A stretch of 64,000 bases of DNA, from assembly GCA_951406725.2 (NCBI GenBank), contig OX597832.1, positions 55,118,001 to 55,182,000 on the forward strand. The letters are read 5' to 3'. The notes below the pieces were generated by a model. The model made no database searches. It worked only from the letters and a program-made list of their open reading frames with translations, and was not told where the DNA came from. This document shows, piece by piece, positions 53,298-64,000 of the stretch; positions within the stretch are counted from its first letter, which is position 1, and every line of letters starts with the position of its first letter. The translations under genes were made by a program, and so were the position numbers. Source of the DNA: Octopus vulgaris. Taxonomy: Eukaryota.

Positions 53298-53636
53298 TCC
53301 ATGTTCTCATTATCCCAGCTGTTGCTTCTTCTCTCTCTTTCTTTCTCTTTCTCTTCTCTCTCTTTTTTTCTTTTTCATTAAAGACAATCTGCAAGTTTTC
53401 TCTCGGGAATTCGCCATGTGTTAACGTCTAACTTGTATCAACCGGTTTAGTCTTTTGATCTGTATATAGTACAAGGACTGACTTTGTCACGATTCCCCCC
53501 ACACATTTTTCTTTTCTTAGGGAAGTGATTTCAGGGAGATATGGTTGCTATTTCTCGCAGGCCAGACAACCACGTGATAGCTTCTCTTACGGATTCATCG
53601 TTATTTTATCAATTATTTATTATTTTTATTAATAGA

Positions 53637-54340
53637 GGCGACGAGCTGACAGAGTCAGCACACCGGACAAATTGCTAAGCGGCATGTCTCCCGTCTTTGC
53701 CTTTCATCCTTTCGGGGTCGATAAATTAAGTACCAGTTACGCTCTGGGGTCGATATAATCGACTTAATCCGTTTGTCTGTCCTTGTTTGTCCCTTCTGTG
53801 TTTAGCCCCTTGTGGGTAGTAAAGAAATAGGTATTTCGTCTGCCGCTACGTTCTGAGTTCAAATTCCGCCGAGGTCGACTTTGCCTTTCATCCTTTCGGG
53901 GTCGATAAATTTAGTACCAGTTACGCACTCGAGTCGATATAATCGACTTAATCCGTTTGTCTGTCCTTGTTTGTCCCTTCTGTGTTTAGCCCCTTGTGGG
54001 TAGTAAAGAAATAGGTATTTCGTCTGCCGCTACGTTCTGAGTTCAAATTCCGCCGAGGTCGACTTTGCCTTTCATCCTTTGGGGGTCGATAAATTTAGTA
54101 CCAGTTACGCACTCGAGTCGATATAATCGACTTAATCCGTTTGTCCCTTCTGTGTTTAGCCCCTTGTGGGTAGTAAAGAAATAGGTATTTCGTCTGTCGC
54201 TACGTTCTCCGTTCAAATTTCGCCGAGGTGGAATTTTTCTTTCATCCTTTTGGAGTCAATGAGTTAAGTACCCGTGAAGAACTGGGATCGAGGAAATCGA
54301 CTTACCCCACTTGCCCTTGTGGCAAAATTTGAAAGCATTA
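53637..54340 (+). mobile_element. SINE family B multimer (about 4 units)
   Basis: Junctions AAAGAAATAG|GTATTTCGTCTG at 53831, 54015 and 54185. Confidence 0.9.
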
Positions 54341-54619
54341 TTATTGTTATTATTTATTATTGTTTGTTTTTGTTTCGTATTGTTTGTTTTGCAAGTTGCA
54401 CAACTCTGCGTTGCTTGCATACCTGCAATGTGTATCTGGTGTGAAACCGAAGAGTCGCTGGCCAGCCCTCCTTCTTAGAAAGAGAATGGAGAGTAACAAT
54501 GAGAAAGAGAGAGAAAGAAAGAGAGAAAGAAACTGAAAGAGAAGGCGTGGGAGTAGGAGACGACAGACGAGGAAAAAAAAGAGAGGAGAGGGGAGAAAAA
54601 ATTATATATATATATAGAG

Positions 54620-54652
<33 letters not shown>

Positions 54653-55064
54653 AAGTGGTGGTGGTGGGGGACCGACATGTGAACTGCGGTGTCGTCTGTT
54701 ACTGCAAGGCAGATAAAAGATAGTTGATGACCTACTTTCCTGAACCTATCCAACATGTCTTCTTGCAAAGAAGAAGAAGAACAACAACAACAACGAGAAG
54801 AAAGACGACGAATGTAAAAAGCTAAAAATAAATTACAATAAAAAAGAGTAAAAAGGAAAAAGCCGCCAGGATTGGCGCGCCTAACACTTGAGTGATCAGA
54901 GGCAGAAATAGATAAATAAATGAAATGCTACTACTACTACTACTAATAATAATAATAATAACAATAATAATAATAATAATAATAATCGACAAAGAAAGGA
55001 AATAAGAAACAAGTAAAACATCCTACGCTCGTAATTCTTTCGTCTTTATTCTTAACGTTTTTTT

Positions 55065-57400
55065 TTGTATGTTGCTTCGCCCGTCTTCTTTTTTTCACTT
55101 CTTTCACTTCACATTCTTTCTCTCGTTCTTTCTTCTTCTTTCATTACTTCTTCTTCTTCTTCTTTCGCTTCTCATTCTTCTTCTTTCGCATTTCATTCTT
55201 TTTCTTTCACTTTTCATTCTTTCTTCTTTCACTTTTCATTATTTCTTCTTTCACTTCCCATTTTCTTCTTTCACTTCTCATTCGTCCTCTTTCATTTCTT
55301 CTTCTTCTCATTCTTCTTTCACTTCTCATTCTTCTTTCATTTCTCCTTCTTCTTCTTCTTTCACTTCTCATTTTCTTCTTTCACTTCTCATTCTTTCTTC
55401 TTTCACTTCTCATCCTTCTTTCATTTCTCCTCCTCCTCCCCTCTCTTCTTCTTCTTCTTTCACATTTCATTCTTCTTCTTTCACTTTTCATTCTTTCTTC
55501 TTTCACTTCCCATTTTCTTCTTTCACTTCTCATTCGTCCTCTTTCATTTCCTCTTCTTCTTTCACTTCTCATTCTTCTTTCATTTATCCTCCTCCTCTTT
55601 CTTCTTCTTCTTCTCCTCCTCCTCCACCTCCAAATCGTTAAACTCGACATCTCTTTATGTATTCGTCTTGATTTCTTTCTCTTTTTAAATAGTTATCGAC
55701 ACATTCTCTTTCTTCTCTTTCTCTTTATTTTCGCTCCTTCACTTCCTCCGCCCCCAAACTAAACACCACACCACTGCTCGACTTCTCATTCTTCTATCAA
55801 AATCTATTCGTCATTCCCTTTTCCTTAATCTCTCACATTATCTTGTTGTTTCTTTGTCTTTCTTCTTCTTTCACTTCTTCTTTGTACTGGTCTTTCCTCT
55901 CTTTCTTATTTCTTCCCTTTCTTCTTTCACTCCCTTATCTTTTACTTCGTCTTCTTTCACTTCTTGTTTCATTTCTTCCCTCTTTCCTTCCTTCTTTTTT
56001 TATTTTTTCTTTCATTTCTTTCCTCTTTCATTTCTTTCCTCTTTCATTCATCCATCTTTTACTTCGTCTTCTCTCGTCTTCTCCTTCTTTTTCATTCATT
56101 CCTTGATCTTTTACTTCGTCTTTTTTCACTTTTCATTTCTTCCTTTTTTCATTCCTTCATCTTTTACTTCTTCTTCTTCTTCTTCTTTCATTCCCTCTTT
56201 CATTCCTCCGTCTTTTACTTCATCTTCTTTCACGCCTTCTTCTTCTTCTTCTTCTTCTTTCATTTCTTCCCTCTTTCATTCCTCCATATCTTACTTCGTC
56301 TTCTTTCACGCCTTCTTCTTCTTCTTCTTCTTCTTCTTCTTTCATTTCTTCCCTCTTTCATTCCTCCGTCTTTTACTTCGTCTTCTTTCACGCCTTCTTC
56401 TTCTTCTTTCTTCTTCTTCTTCTTCTTCTTCTTTCATTTCTTCCCTCTTTCATTCCTCCATATCTTACTTCGTCTTCTTTCACGCCTTCTTCTTCTTTCA
56501 TTTCTTCCCTCTTTCATTCCTCCGTCTTTTACTTCGTCTTCTTTCACGCCTTCTTCTTCTTCTTCTTCTTCTTTCATTTCTTCCCTCTTTCATTCCTCCA
56601 TATCTTACTTCGTCTTCTTTCACGCCTTCTTCTTCTTCTTTCATTTCTTCCCTCTTTCATTCCTCCGTCTTTTACTTCGTCTTCTTTCACGCCTTCTTCT
56701 TCTTCTTCTTTCATTTCTTCCCTCTTTCATTCCTCCGTCTTTTACTTCGTCTTCTTTCACGCCTTCTTCTTCTTCTTCTTCTTCATTTCTTCCCTCTTTC
56801 ATTCCTCCGTCTTTTACTTCGTCTTCTTTCACGCCTTCTTCTTCTTCTTCTTCTTCTTTCATTTCTTCCCTCTTTCATTCCTCCGTCTTTTACTTCGTCT
56901 TCTTTCACGCCTTCTTCTTCTTCTTCTTCTTTCATTTCTTCCCTCTTTCATTCCTCCGTCTTTTACTTCGTCTTCTTTCACGCCTTCTTCTTCTTCTTCT
57001 TCTTCTTTCATTTCTTCCCTCTTTCATTCCTCCGTCTTTTACTTCGTCTTCTTTCACGCCTTCTTCTTCTTCTTCTTCTTCTTCTTCTTCTTCTTTCATT
57101 TCTTCCCTCTTTCATTCCTCCGTCTTTTACTTCGTCTTCTTTCACGCCTTCTTCTTCTTCTTCTTTCATTTCTTCCCTCTTTCATTCCTCCGTCTTTTAC
57201 TTCGTCTTCTTTCACGCCTTCTTCTTCTTCTTCTTCTTCTTCTTCTTTCTTCTTCTTCCCTCTTTCATTCCTCCATATCTTACTTCGTCTTCTCTCACGT
57301 CTTCGTCTTTCATTCCTCCGTTTTTTACTTCGTCTTCTTTCACTCCTTCGTCGTCCTCTTCCTCCACCCCCCTCTTCCCGCCCCCCTTCTCTTCTAACCA
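55065..57400. repeat. ~2.3-kb polypyrimidine tract including a VNTR (about 56170-57300) of 55 bp + (TTC)n, ~14-15 units
   Basis: Constant part TTTCATTTCTTCCCTCTTTCATTCCTCCGTCTTTTACTTCGTCTTCTTTCACGCC followed by a variable TTC run. Confidence 0.95.
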
Positions 57401-57939
57401 ATTCATTCATTTCTCTTACCATTTCTCTGCTATTTATTTATCACCATCCTCACATCTTCAACTAAATAAACCAAGCTTCATTATAGAATGCATCCGTTTT
57501 ACTTCATAGGTTCGTTCCACGGACCTTCTCCTTCCCCCCTTTCATCACGATGACGTTAGTATCAACAACATAAAAACAAAATACATTGTAGACACCTCTC
57601 ACTCTCTCTCTTCCCCCATTCCGCCCCTCTTTTCTCTCCGTCACTTGACAGTAATTCTGAAAAGATGAATAATTGCCGCATTAATCTTGAAGAACCAACA
57701 AATAAATTTACGAAAAAAAAAAAATTTCATTAGAAACCCCTCCCCTCATCTCTCTTTATTTCTCCCCTTTCACTGTCATCCTCTTTTTTTTTTTACATCC
57801 TCTTCTCTCTGCGTGTGTATGTGTACGCACACAAACACACACACACACACACATATACTGTTACCCTCCGATACATGCACACAACGCCCTGTCTCTTCCT
57901 CTCTTCGTAAACCCTCCCCATACAACCGTATTCTCATCT

Positions 57940-58145
57940 AGCCCCTAACATTTGCACCCCCCTTCTCTTTCTTTTTCCTTCTTCCCATCTTTCCACCACT
58001 TTTCCTCTTTTTCGTTTTTCTGACGAATGACCACCGCTCGAAATGTCAAAAATTCTTTCTCTTTCCTTCCAAGCGTTAGATTAATAATATCTTTGTAAAA
58101 ATGTATATATCTTGTGTTTTATTCGTGCCTTTTCTCATTCATCTT
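57940..58145 (+). mobile_element. Degenerate H2 element with hammerhead motif at 58015-58052
   Basis: TTTTT-CTGACGA-atgaccaccgctc-GAAAT-GTC-AAAAA: stem I intact, stem II eroded. Confidence 0.55.
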
Positions 58146-58295
58146 ACACACACACAGATATATATTTTAAAAATATATTATTATTAATATTAGGAAATCA
58201 ATATCAAAACTCCTCAGAAAGATGTACACGTGTGAAAAATAATTGCCCTAGTTCGCCTAACTTTTTCTCCTTCTTCTGTTCTGTCTGTTCAATCC

Positions 58296-58339
<44 letters not shown>

Positions 58340-58522
58340 CGTCCTTGTGAATTCACGGTTCGGCTAAAAAGATCGATAGAATAAGTACCAGACTCAGAAA
58401 GATACAATTTGTACTGAGATCGATTTGTCCAATTAAACCACCCAAGCGGTGCTCCGGCATGTCCGCAGTCTAATGACTTAAACAAATACACACACACACA
58501 TGTATATAAATATATATATACA

Positions 58523-58732
58523 TGTGACCGCGTGTGTACCGTTGGCGATTTTTTTTCCTCCGTCTTCCCTTCTTTGGACCTTTCCTTTTCCTGTTTCTGA
58601 CGAAGAGCTCCGCTCGAAACGTTAAATTCTCCTTCTTTCTTTCCTTTCCTGAGCGTCCAATATCACTATACATGTTCCATGTCCTCGCGTTGTTGTGTTT
58701 TCTCTTTGTGTTTTCATGTTTGGATTAACCAT
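58523..58732 (+). mobile_element. Hammerhead-bearing element, family H2, between (TA)n tracts
   Basis: Colinear with 13795-13986 (-). Confidence 0.7.
58593..58627 (+). ncRNA. Minimal type I hammerhead ribozyme, intact core
   Basis: GTTT-CTGACGA-A-GAGC tcc GCTC-GAAAC-GTT-AAAT. Confidence 0.7.
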
Positions 58733-58745
58733 ATATATAGACATG

Positions 58746-58787
<42 letters not shown>

Positions 58788-58824
58788 CATACATACATGT
58801 ATATATATATATATATACATACAT

Positions 58825-58855
<31 letters not shown>

Positions 58856-58969
58856 CATACATACATACATACATGTATATATATATATATATACATACAT
58901 ACATACATACATACATGTATATATATATATACATACATACATACATACATGTATATATATATATATACA

Positions 58970-59086
58970 TACGGCCATATCACGTTGAAAGCACCGGTTC
59001 TCGTCTGATCACCGAAGTTAAGCAACATCGAGCCTAGTTAGTACTTAGATGGGTGACCGCTTGGGAACCCTAGGTGCTGTAAGCAT
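58970..59086 (+). pseudogene. 5S rRNA-derived sequence (retrocopy or SINE3 head)
   Basis: TACGGCCATATCACGTTGAAAGCACCGGTTCTCGTCTGATCACCGAAGTTAAGC...GATGGGTGACCGCTTGGGAACCCTAGGTGCTGTAAGC is invertebrate 5S rRNA. About 3 nt missing at the 5' end, no oligo-T terminator. Confidence 0.92.
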
Positions 59087-59152
59087 TCAAAAGGCGGTGC
59101 CCCAGCATGGCCCCAGCCGGATGGCTGAAACAAGTAAAAGAGTAAAAGAGTA
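58970..59152 (+). mobile_element. 5S rRNA + family A-type 3' tail chimera (candidate SINE3)
   Basis: 5S is followed directly by AAAAGGCGGTGCCCCAGCATGGCCCCAGCCGGATGGCTGAAACAAGTAAAAGAGTAAAAGAG. Confidence 0.75.
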
Positions 59153-59157
59153 TACTT

Positions 59158-59188
<31 letters not shown>

Positions 59189-59494
59189 CACATACATGTA
59201 TATATATACATACATGTATATATATATACATGTGTATGTATATATATATATATACATGTATATATATATACATGTGTATGTATATATATATATACATGTG
59301 TATGTACATATATATATACATGTGTATGTATATATATATATACATGTGTATGTATATATATATATATACATGTATATATATATACATGTGTATGTATATA
59401 TATACATGTATATATATATACATGTGTATGTATATATATATATATATATATATATACATGTGCATATATATATGTATATATATATATACATGTG

Positions 59495-59529
<35 letters not shown>

Positions 59530-59757
59530 GTGCATATATATATGTATATATATATATACATGTGTATGTATATATATACATGTATATATATATACATGTG
59601 TATATATATATATATATATATACATGTGTATGTATATATATATATATATATACATGTGCATATATATATGTATATATATATATACATGATCATATATATA
59701 CATATACATATATATGTGTATATATATATATACATATACATACATACACACACACAC

Positions 59758-59804
<47 letters not shown>

Positions 59805-59805
59805 T
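59153..59805. repeat. (TA)n/TACATG compound microsatellite (also 58733-58969)
   Basis: Visible simple repeat. Confidence 0.95.
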
Positions 59806-60484
59806 GCAATAGCTTAGTTCGTGGAGCAGAGTGCTGCAGTCTGAAATTATGCATATGTATATGAGAGAGAGACAGAGGGAAACGTGTGATCGCGCGTGCG
59901 TGAACTCGTTATGTATTTATGTATTCATGCATTAATCATGTTTTCAAGGCGTGTTCGTGCGGCGGCAACACGCGTGTACGAAATACATACATCTTAGGAA
60001 ATCCAGAGACGATGATTATCTTAAGAAGAGGACTGGCAGCAGTGGCGGCGCGGTTCCTGATACTCCTTCGTTAGGCGTGGAGTCTTCAATTACACTTTAT
60101 GACTCACAACTACCGACTGACCTTCCTTTTCTCCCCCCCCCCCCCACCTCTCCCTCCATCTCTCTCTCCACCTCCCTTTCTAGATTCCTCTCCAACGGTT
60201 TACCGCGTATCCGAAATAAGGTCTCTAAATTTTTTTCGATTTAATGGCAATCCGAAATTGTTGTTTCTTCTTCGTCTATTGTTTCGGTCACAGGTTCTGT
60301 TATTTGTGCTCCAATCGTTGGACTGCGGCCATGCTGGAGCACTGTCTTCAAATATTCATTTGTTGTTGCTCTTGATTTCAATTATATCAAACCCTAGGCG
60401 TTATGTAATTTTATCGATCTCTGTATATCGAATCGTACGTATTAACATTACTTACAGAAAGTATTTACGCTACTACTCCTCCCC

Positions 60485-60527
<43 letters not shown>

Positions 60528-60767
60528 ATATATATATGTATCGAAACGTGGAGTAGATGAAACAAAGGCGACTGAAGAAGGGGAATTTTCCTTGTGTTAT
60601 TTGTCCTGTACTCTATTTTTTCGTTGTTTAAGAAAAATATCCATTTCCTTTGTGTTCGACGTTTTTTTGGTGTCCTGTACCCATATATGCATGTATATAT
60701 ACATGTAGAGGTAGGTACGTACATATATGTATGTATATATGCATGTGTTTTATTTATTTATTAATTT

Positions 60768-60818
<51 letters not shown>

Positions 60819-61336
60819 GTACATATATTTATATAGGTGCACAGTTCGACCAAAAAGGAAAGCCGGTCTCTACAATACGATTCTTTTTCATGTGGACTTG
60901 CAAACACACTGATTATTTCTCAAGCTTTTTTTTATTAATTCTGTTGTATCTGGGGAGAGTCATTTTCTTTTTTGTGCCTTATAATGTAAACACACTCACC
61001 GGTAAAATTTCCACTTATTTCTTATTTTTATTTCCCTAAAATTTTCGTTGCGTCTTGCAACCTTTTCAGTAAAGTTTGATCATAATAGAGAAAGGTGTTT
61101 GTGTGTGCGCGCATCTAACAATTTCTGTTGTGTTTTTTTTTGTGTGTGTGTGTGTGTGTGTGTGTAATCTGCTTATCCCCATAACTGCTTCTATACCTGA
61201 TCCCTCTCAACCTGATCCCTCTTTTAGCCTTTCTTTACCTTGTGGAATTGATCCTCTGTAAAGACATCGGAATCATAAGTTTGAATCTTCTGAGCACTAC
61301 AAAGTGTCTCCTATACGGATGGATACATACATACAT

Positions 61337-61420
<84 letters not shown>

Positions 61421-61720
61421 TCTATTGTATGAAATCCGTTCTGTCTGTCTGTCTGCCTGTGTGTCTTCTAGGATCTCGGGAATCCTCCATCCGATTGCGC
61501 TCAAATTTGATATGTATATACCGACGGTATCAGGGCGTGTATAAGTCTGGAAAAAGTTACAAGAATCGATTCCAGGTGAGAATGCGATCGATAAAGCTGT
61601 AGGGACGTGCATTTGTACGCGCAAGTACATCAGCTGTTGCGATCGATACTACGCATACGCGAGAAAAACGCACGTGCAGTTTACGCCAAAAAAAAAAAAA
61701 AAAAAATGCCGGCTGGCTTG
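61421..61720 (+). mobile_element. Possible Helitron/HINE-like 5' portion
   Basis: TC start, (TCTG)n tract, then ATCTCGGGAATCC..CATCCGATTGCGCTCAAATTTG, resembling non-autonomous rolling-circle elements. 3' CTRR end not found. Confidence 0.4.
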
Positions 61721-62932
61721 AAATAATGCTACCATAATAATGGGACGGTCGGACAAGTTGCTTTGAGAAAATTTGGTTTAAATGTTTGACAACTCAGCAC
61801 CGTCCATTGGACGGGGGACCGTTTTGCTCGTATATATATATGTGTGTGTGTGTGTGTGTATTGTATTTCGAGATGGTCTTTTTTTTTTTGCCAAATAAAT
61901 ACACGCACTATATACTCGTTCTTCACTCGCTTATTACTGTTATTATTTTGACTCCTGACCATTGTCCGGAAATCTTTCGTCGCACATCTGTGGCCTCTTC
62001 AGCAACACTTTCCGTCTTCGTATGTATTCTTGTTCTGCTTATTTCTTTCATTGAGAAGTTTATTTTTAGCACACTGACCTCAGTACTTTATTTTATTTAT
62101 TTATTATTATTATTTTTTTGTAGTCTGTTACTTATTATATCCATTCTCTGTTGCCGAACCGCTAAATTACGAGGATGCAAACATACTAACCATTCATGGT
62201 CAAGCCGCGACTGGGGGACAAATGCACACACACACACATACACACACACACACACGTCTGTGCGTGGATTATGTAGCACGAGGACGAAGAATGACAGGCT
62301 TTTAATATCAAAACCTGATATCCTTCATCCTCGTGTTATATTATCCTTGTATCAATCTTATATAAAGAGGAATTCCGCCTGTGTATCCAGCCCAGGAATA
62401 TATCCCACTGTAGGATATCGTGTGATAGCCAAATAACGACATAAGACCTTTTATACACGCGTTACGAGGTTTTCACCCGAATTATACTATACAAGCATGT
62501 GTGTATATCTTTGTGATTGCTTTTCACCTACCGCTTGACAACCGGTGTTAGTTTGTTTACGTCCCTGTAATTTAACGGGACGACAAAAGAAGGGATCGTT
62601 ATGATAAGTATCAGATTTTAAAAAAATAATAAGTACTGGATTCGATTTATTTGACTAAAGCCCTTTAAGCGGTGCTCCAGTATGACGGAAACAAATGAAA
62701 GATAAACGAGAACAGGTCGTTGATGCTGTTGCTGTTACTGTTCAACCCCAGGCGAGCCCTGATCGAGGAAGCCTATGATAGTCGGCATTCCAGTCATAGC
62801 CATCCCTCCTTTTTTTTTTTCTTTTTTACAAACACAGTATCCACATTCAGATAAAGATCTTTATTGATGAATAATATACTTACTCATTGCTGTCACTCTC
62901 CTTACAAAACTGTATCAGATTTCTCCCCCTAA

Positions 62933-63209
62933 CCCTTAAACGGCGGGAAAGGGTTGTTATGGATGTTTGTGCTAAACGGGCAAAACACGCAAAGTATTTC
63001 CCAAGAGGAATTTTTATACTTAATTTTCACTTTAAATACGTACAATAATAATAATAATAATAATAATAATAATTGTTAGTCTCTCGCATAATAAAATTTA
63101 CAATCTCATTATCGAAAAGAGACGTAAAAATATTCACTTTCTTTTGATGATGGCACTGTCCATATAAAATGCTTCAAACATCAATTGGCGCTGTCAGCCA
63201 TTTTAAGGG
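62933..63209. mobile_element. piggyBac-like MITE
   Basis: CTAA|CCCTTAAACGGC ... GCCATTTTAAGGG|TTAA: CCC/GGG termini and a near-TTAA TSD. Confidence 0.5.
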
Positions 63210-63513
63210 TTAAACTGGGAATTATAGTTACGTGAACGAAATATTAAGTTGTTGAAATTATCTCCCCTTTTATTTTTTTATATTTTTTATCGTTTTGGTT
63301 TGTATGAAATGCTTAACAATCGCTGCAAGGGTTTCTCGATCTAAGAGGAACATTTCGACTCATTAAGGTTTTTTTTCTTTCATTTTTTTTTTTTTAGTAT
63401 TTTTTACGTACATCATTCAGTAGATTTGTAATTTGGTGTGTATGTGTGTGAGTGAGTGTACGTGCACCGCATTAGGGTATGTGTATACATAGATTTTGGC
63501 ATGTATTTGTATA

Positions 63514-63579
<66 letters not shown>

Positions 63580-64000
63580 CGTGCTTGTGTAAGGATTGTT
63601 ATCAATAGTATAACGAAACTAGGGTGGTACAGCTTTAGAATTTAATCAGCATTTTTTAAAAAAGTTTTACTATCTCTTTTTTTTTTATTGTTGCTAACAC
63701 AATGCCGTCACTTCATGTTCATTACGAAACTAGCCACGTACCTAACACCACCACCACAACCATTACAACAACAACAACTACTATTTTTCCTTTTTTTTTC
63801 TTTTGTTTTCTTTTTCTTTCTATTTTTTTCGTTGATGTCGTGTCTGATTGTGCATAAATCGTTTCTGCCGAACATTGGAATGCAAGCCAAGGGCAATGCA
63901 CTCGATGTATGAAAGTAGTTTTTTTCAAACAGCTGCCTCTTGCTGATTGGCCGAAGGACAAGGGGAGTTCAAATTTCCGAATTCCTCTTCTTGTCGTGTA

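Noticed and set aside
56170-57300. Constant repeat with variable spacer, CRISPR-like
   Set aside because: The spacers are only (TTC)n runs.
55854-57509. 551-aa and 477-aa F/S/L-rich ORFs, and E/R-rich minus-strand ORFs
   Set aside because: They are stop-free only because the tract is nearly all C/T. The unit length of 55+3n shifts frame every repeat, which is not how a coding repeat behaves.
58970-59086. Functional 5S rRNA gene
   Set aside because: It is solitary, lacks the 5' bases of helix I and the oligo-T terminator, and is fused to a retroposon tail.
59038-59864. Long YIYI/HTCI/VCVC ORFs here and throughout the ORF track
   Set aside because: Translations of (TA)n, (CA)n and (TG)n microsatellites.

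Overview
AT-rich eukaryotic, non-coding DNA, almost certainly octopus (coleoid cephalopod), judged from my recognition of the dominant tRNA-derived SINE families and the extreme (TA)n/(CA)n/(TC)n microsatellite load. No host protein-coding gene can be supported, and nearly all ORF-track entries are microsatellite or SINE translations. The only recognisable protein is the N-terminal DNA-binding part of a mariner transposase (14253-14525, minus strand). The window is a mosaic of at least four tRNA-SINE families, DNA-transposon MITEs (mariner, hAT, piggyBac-like, pogo-like, Helitron-like, foldback-like) and tandem repeats. Most notable: (1) about ten minimal type I hammerhead-ribozyme motifs in short Penelope/retrozyme-like elements, with covarying stems, one of them fused to a tRNA (Pol III) head; (2) a 5S rRNA copy fused to the SINE 3' tail (SINE3-like), whose tail hairpin shows compensatory changes; (3) a 419-bp TIR element with a 34-bp flanking duplication and internal (TTAGGG)3; (4) SINE multimers with an identical junction at independent loci; (5) an 89-bp satellite born from a MITE/SINE junction. 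All calls come from reading the sequence; no searches or folding programs were run, and the boundaries of degenerate copies are approximate.
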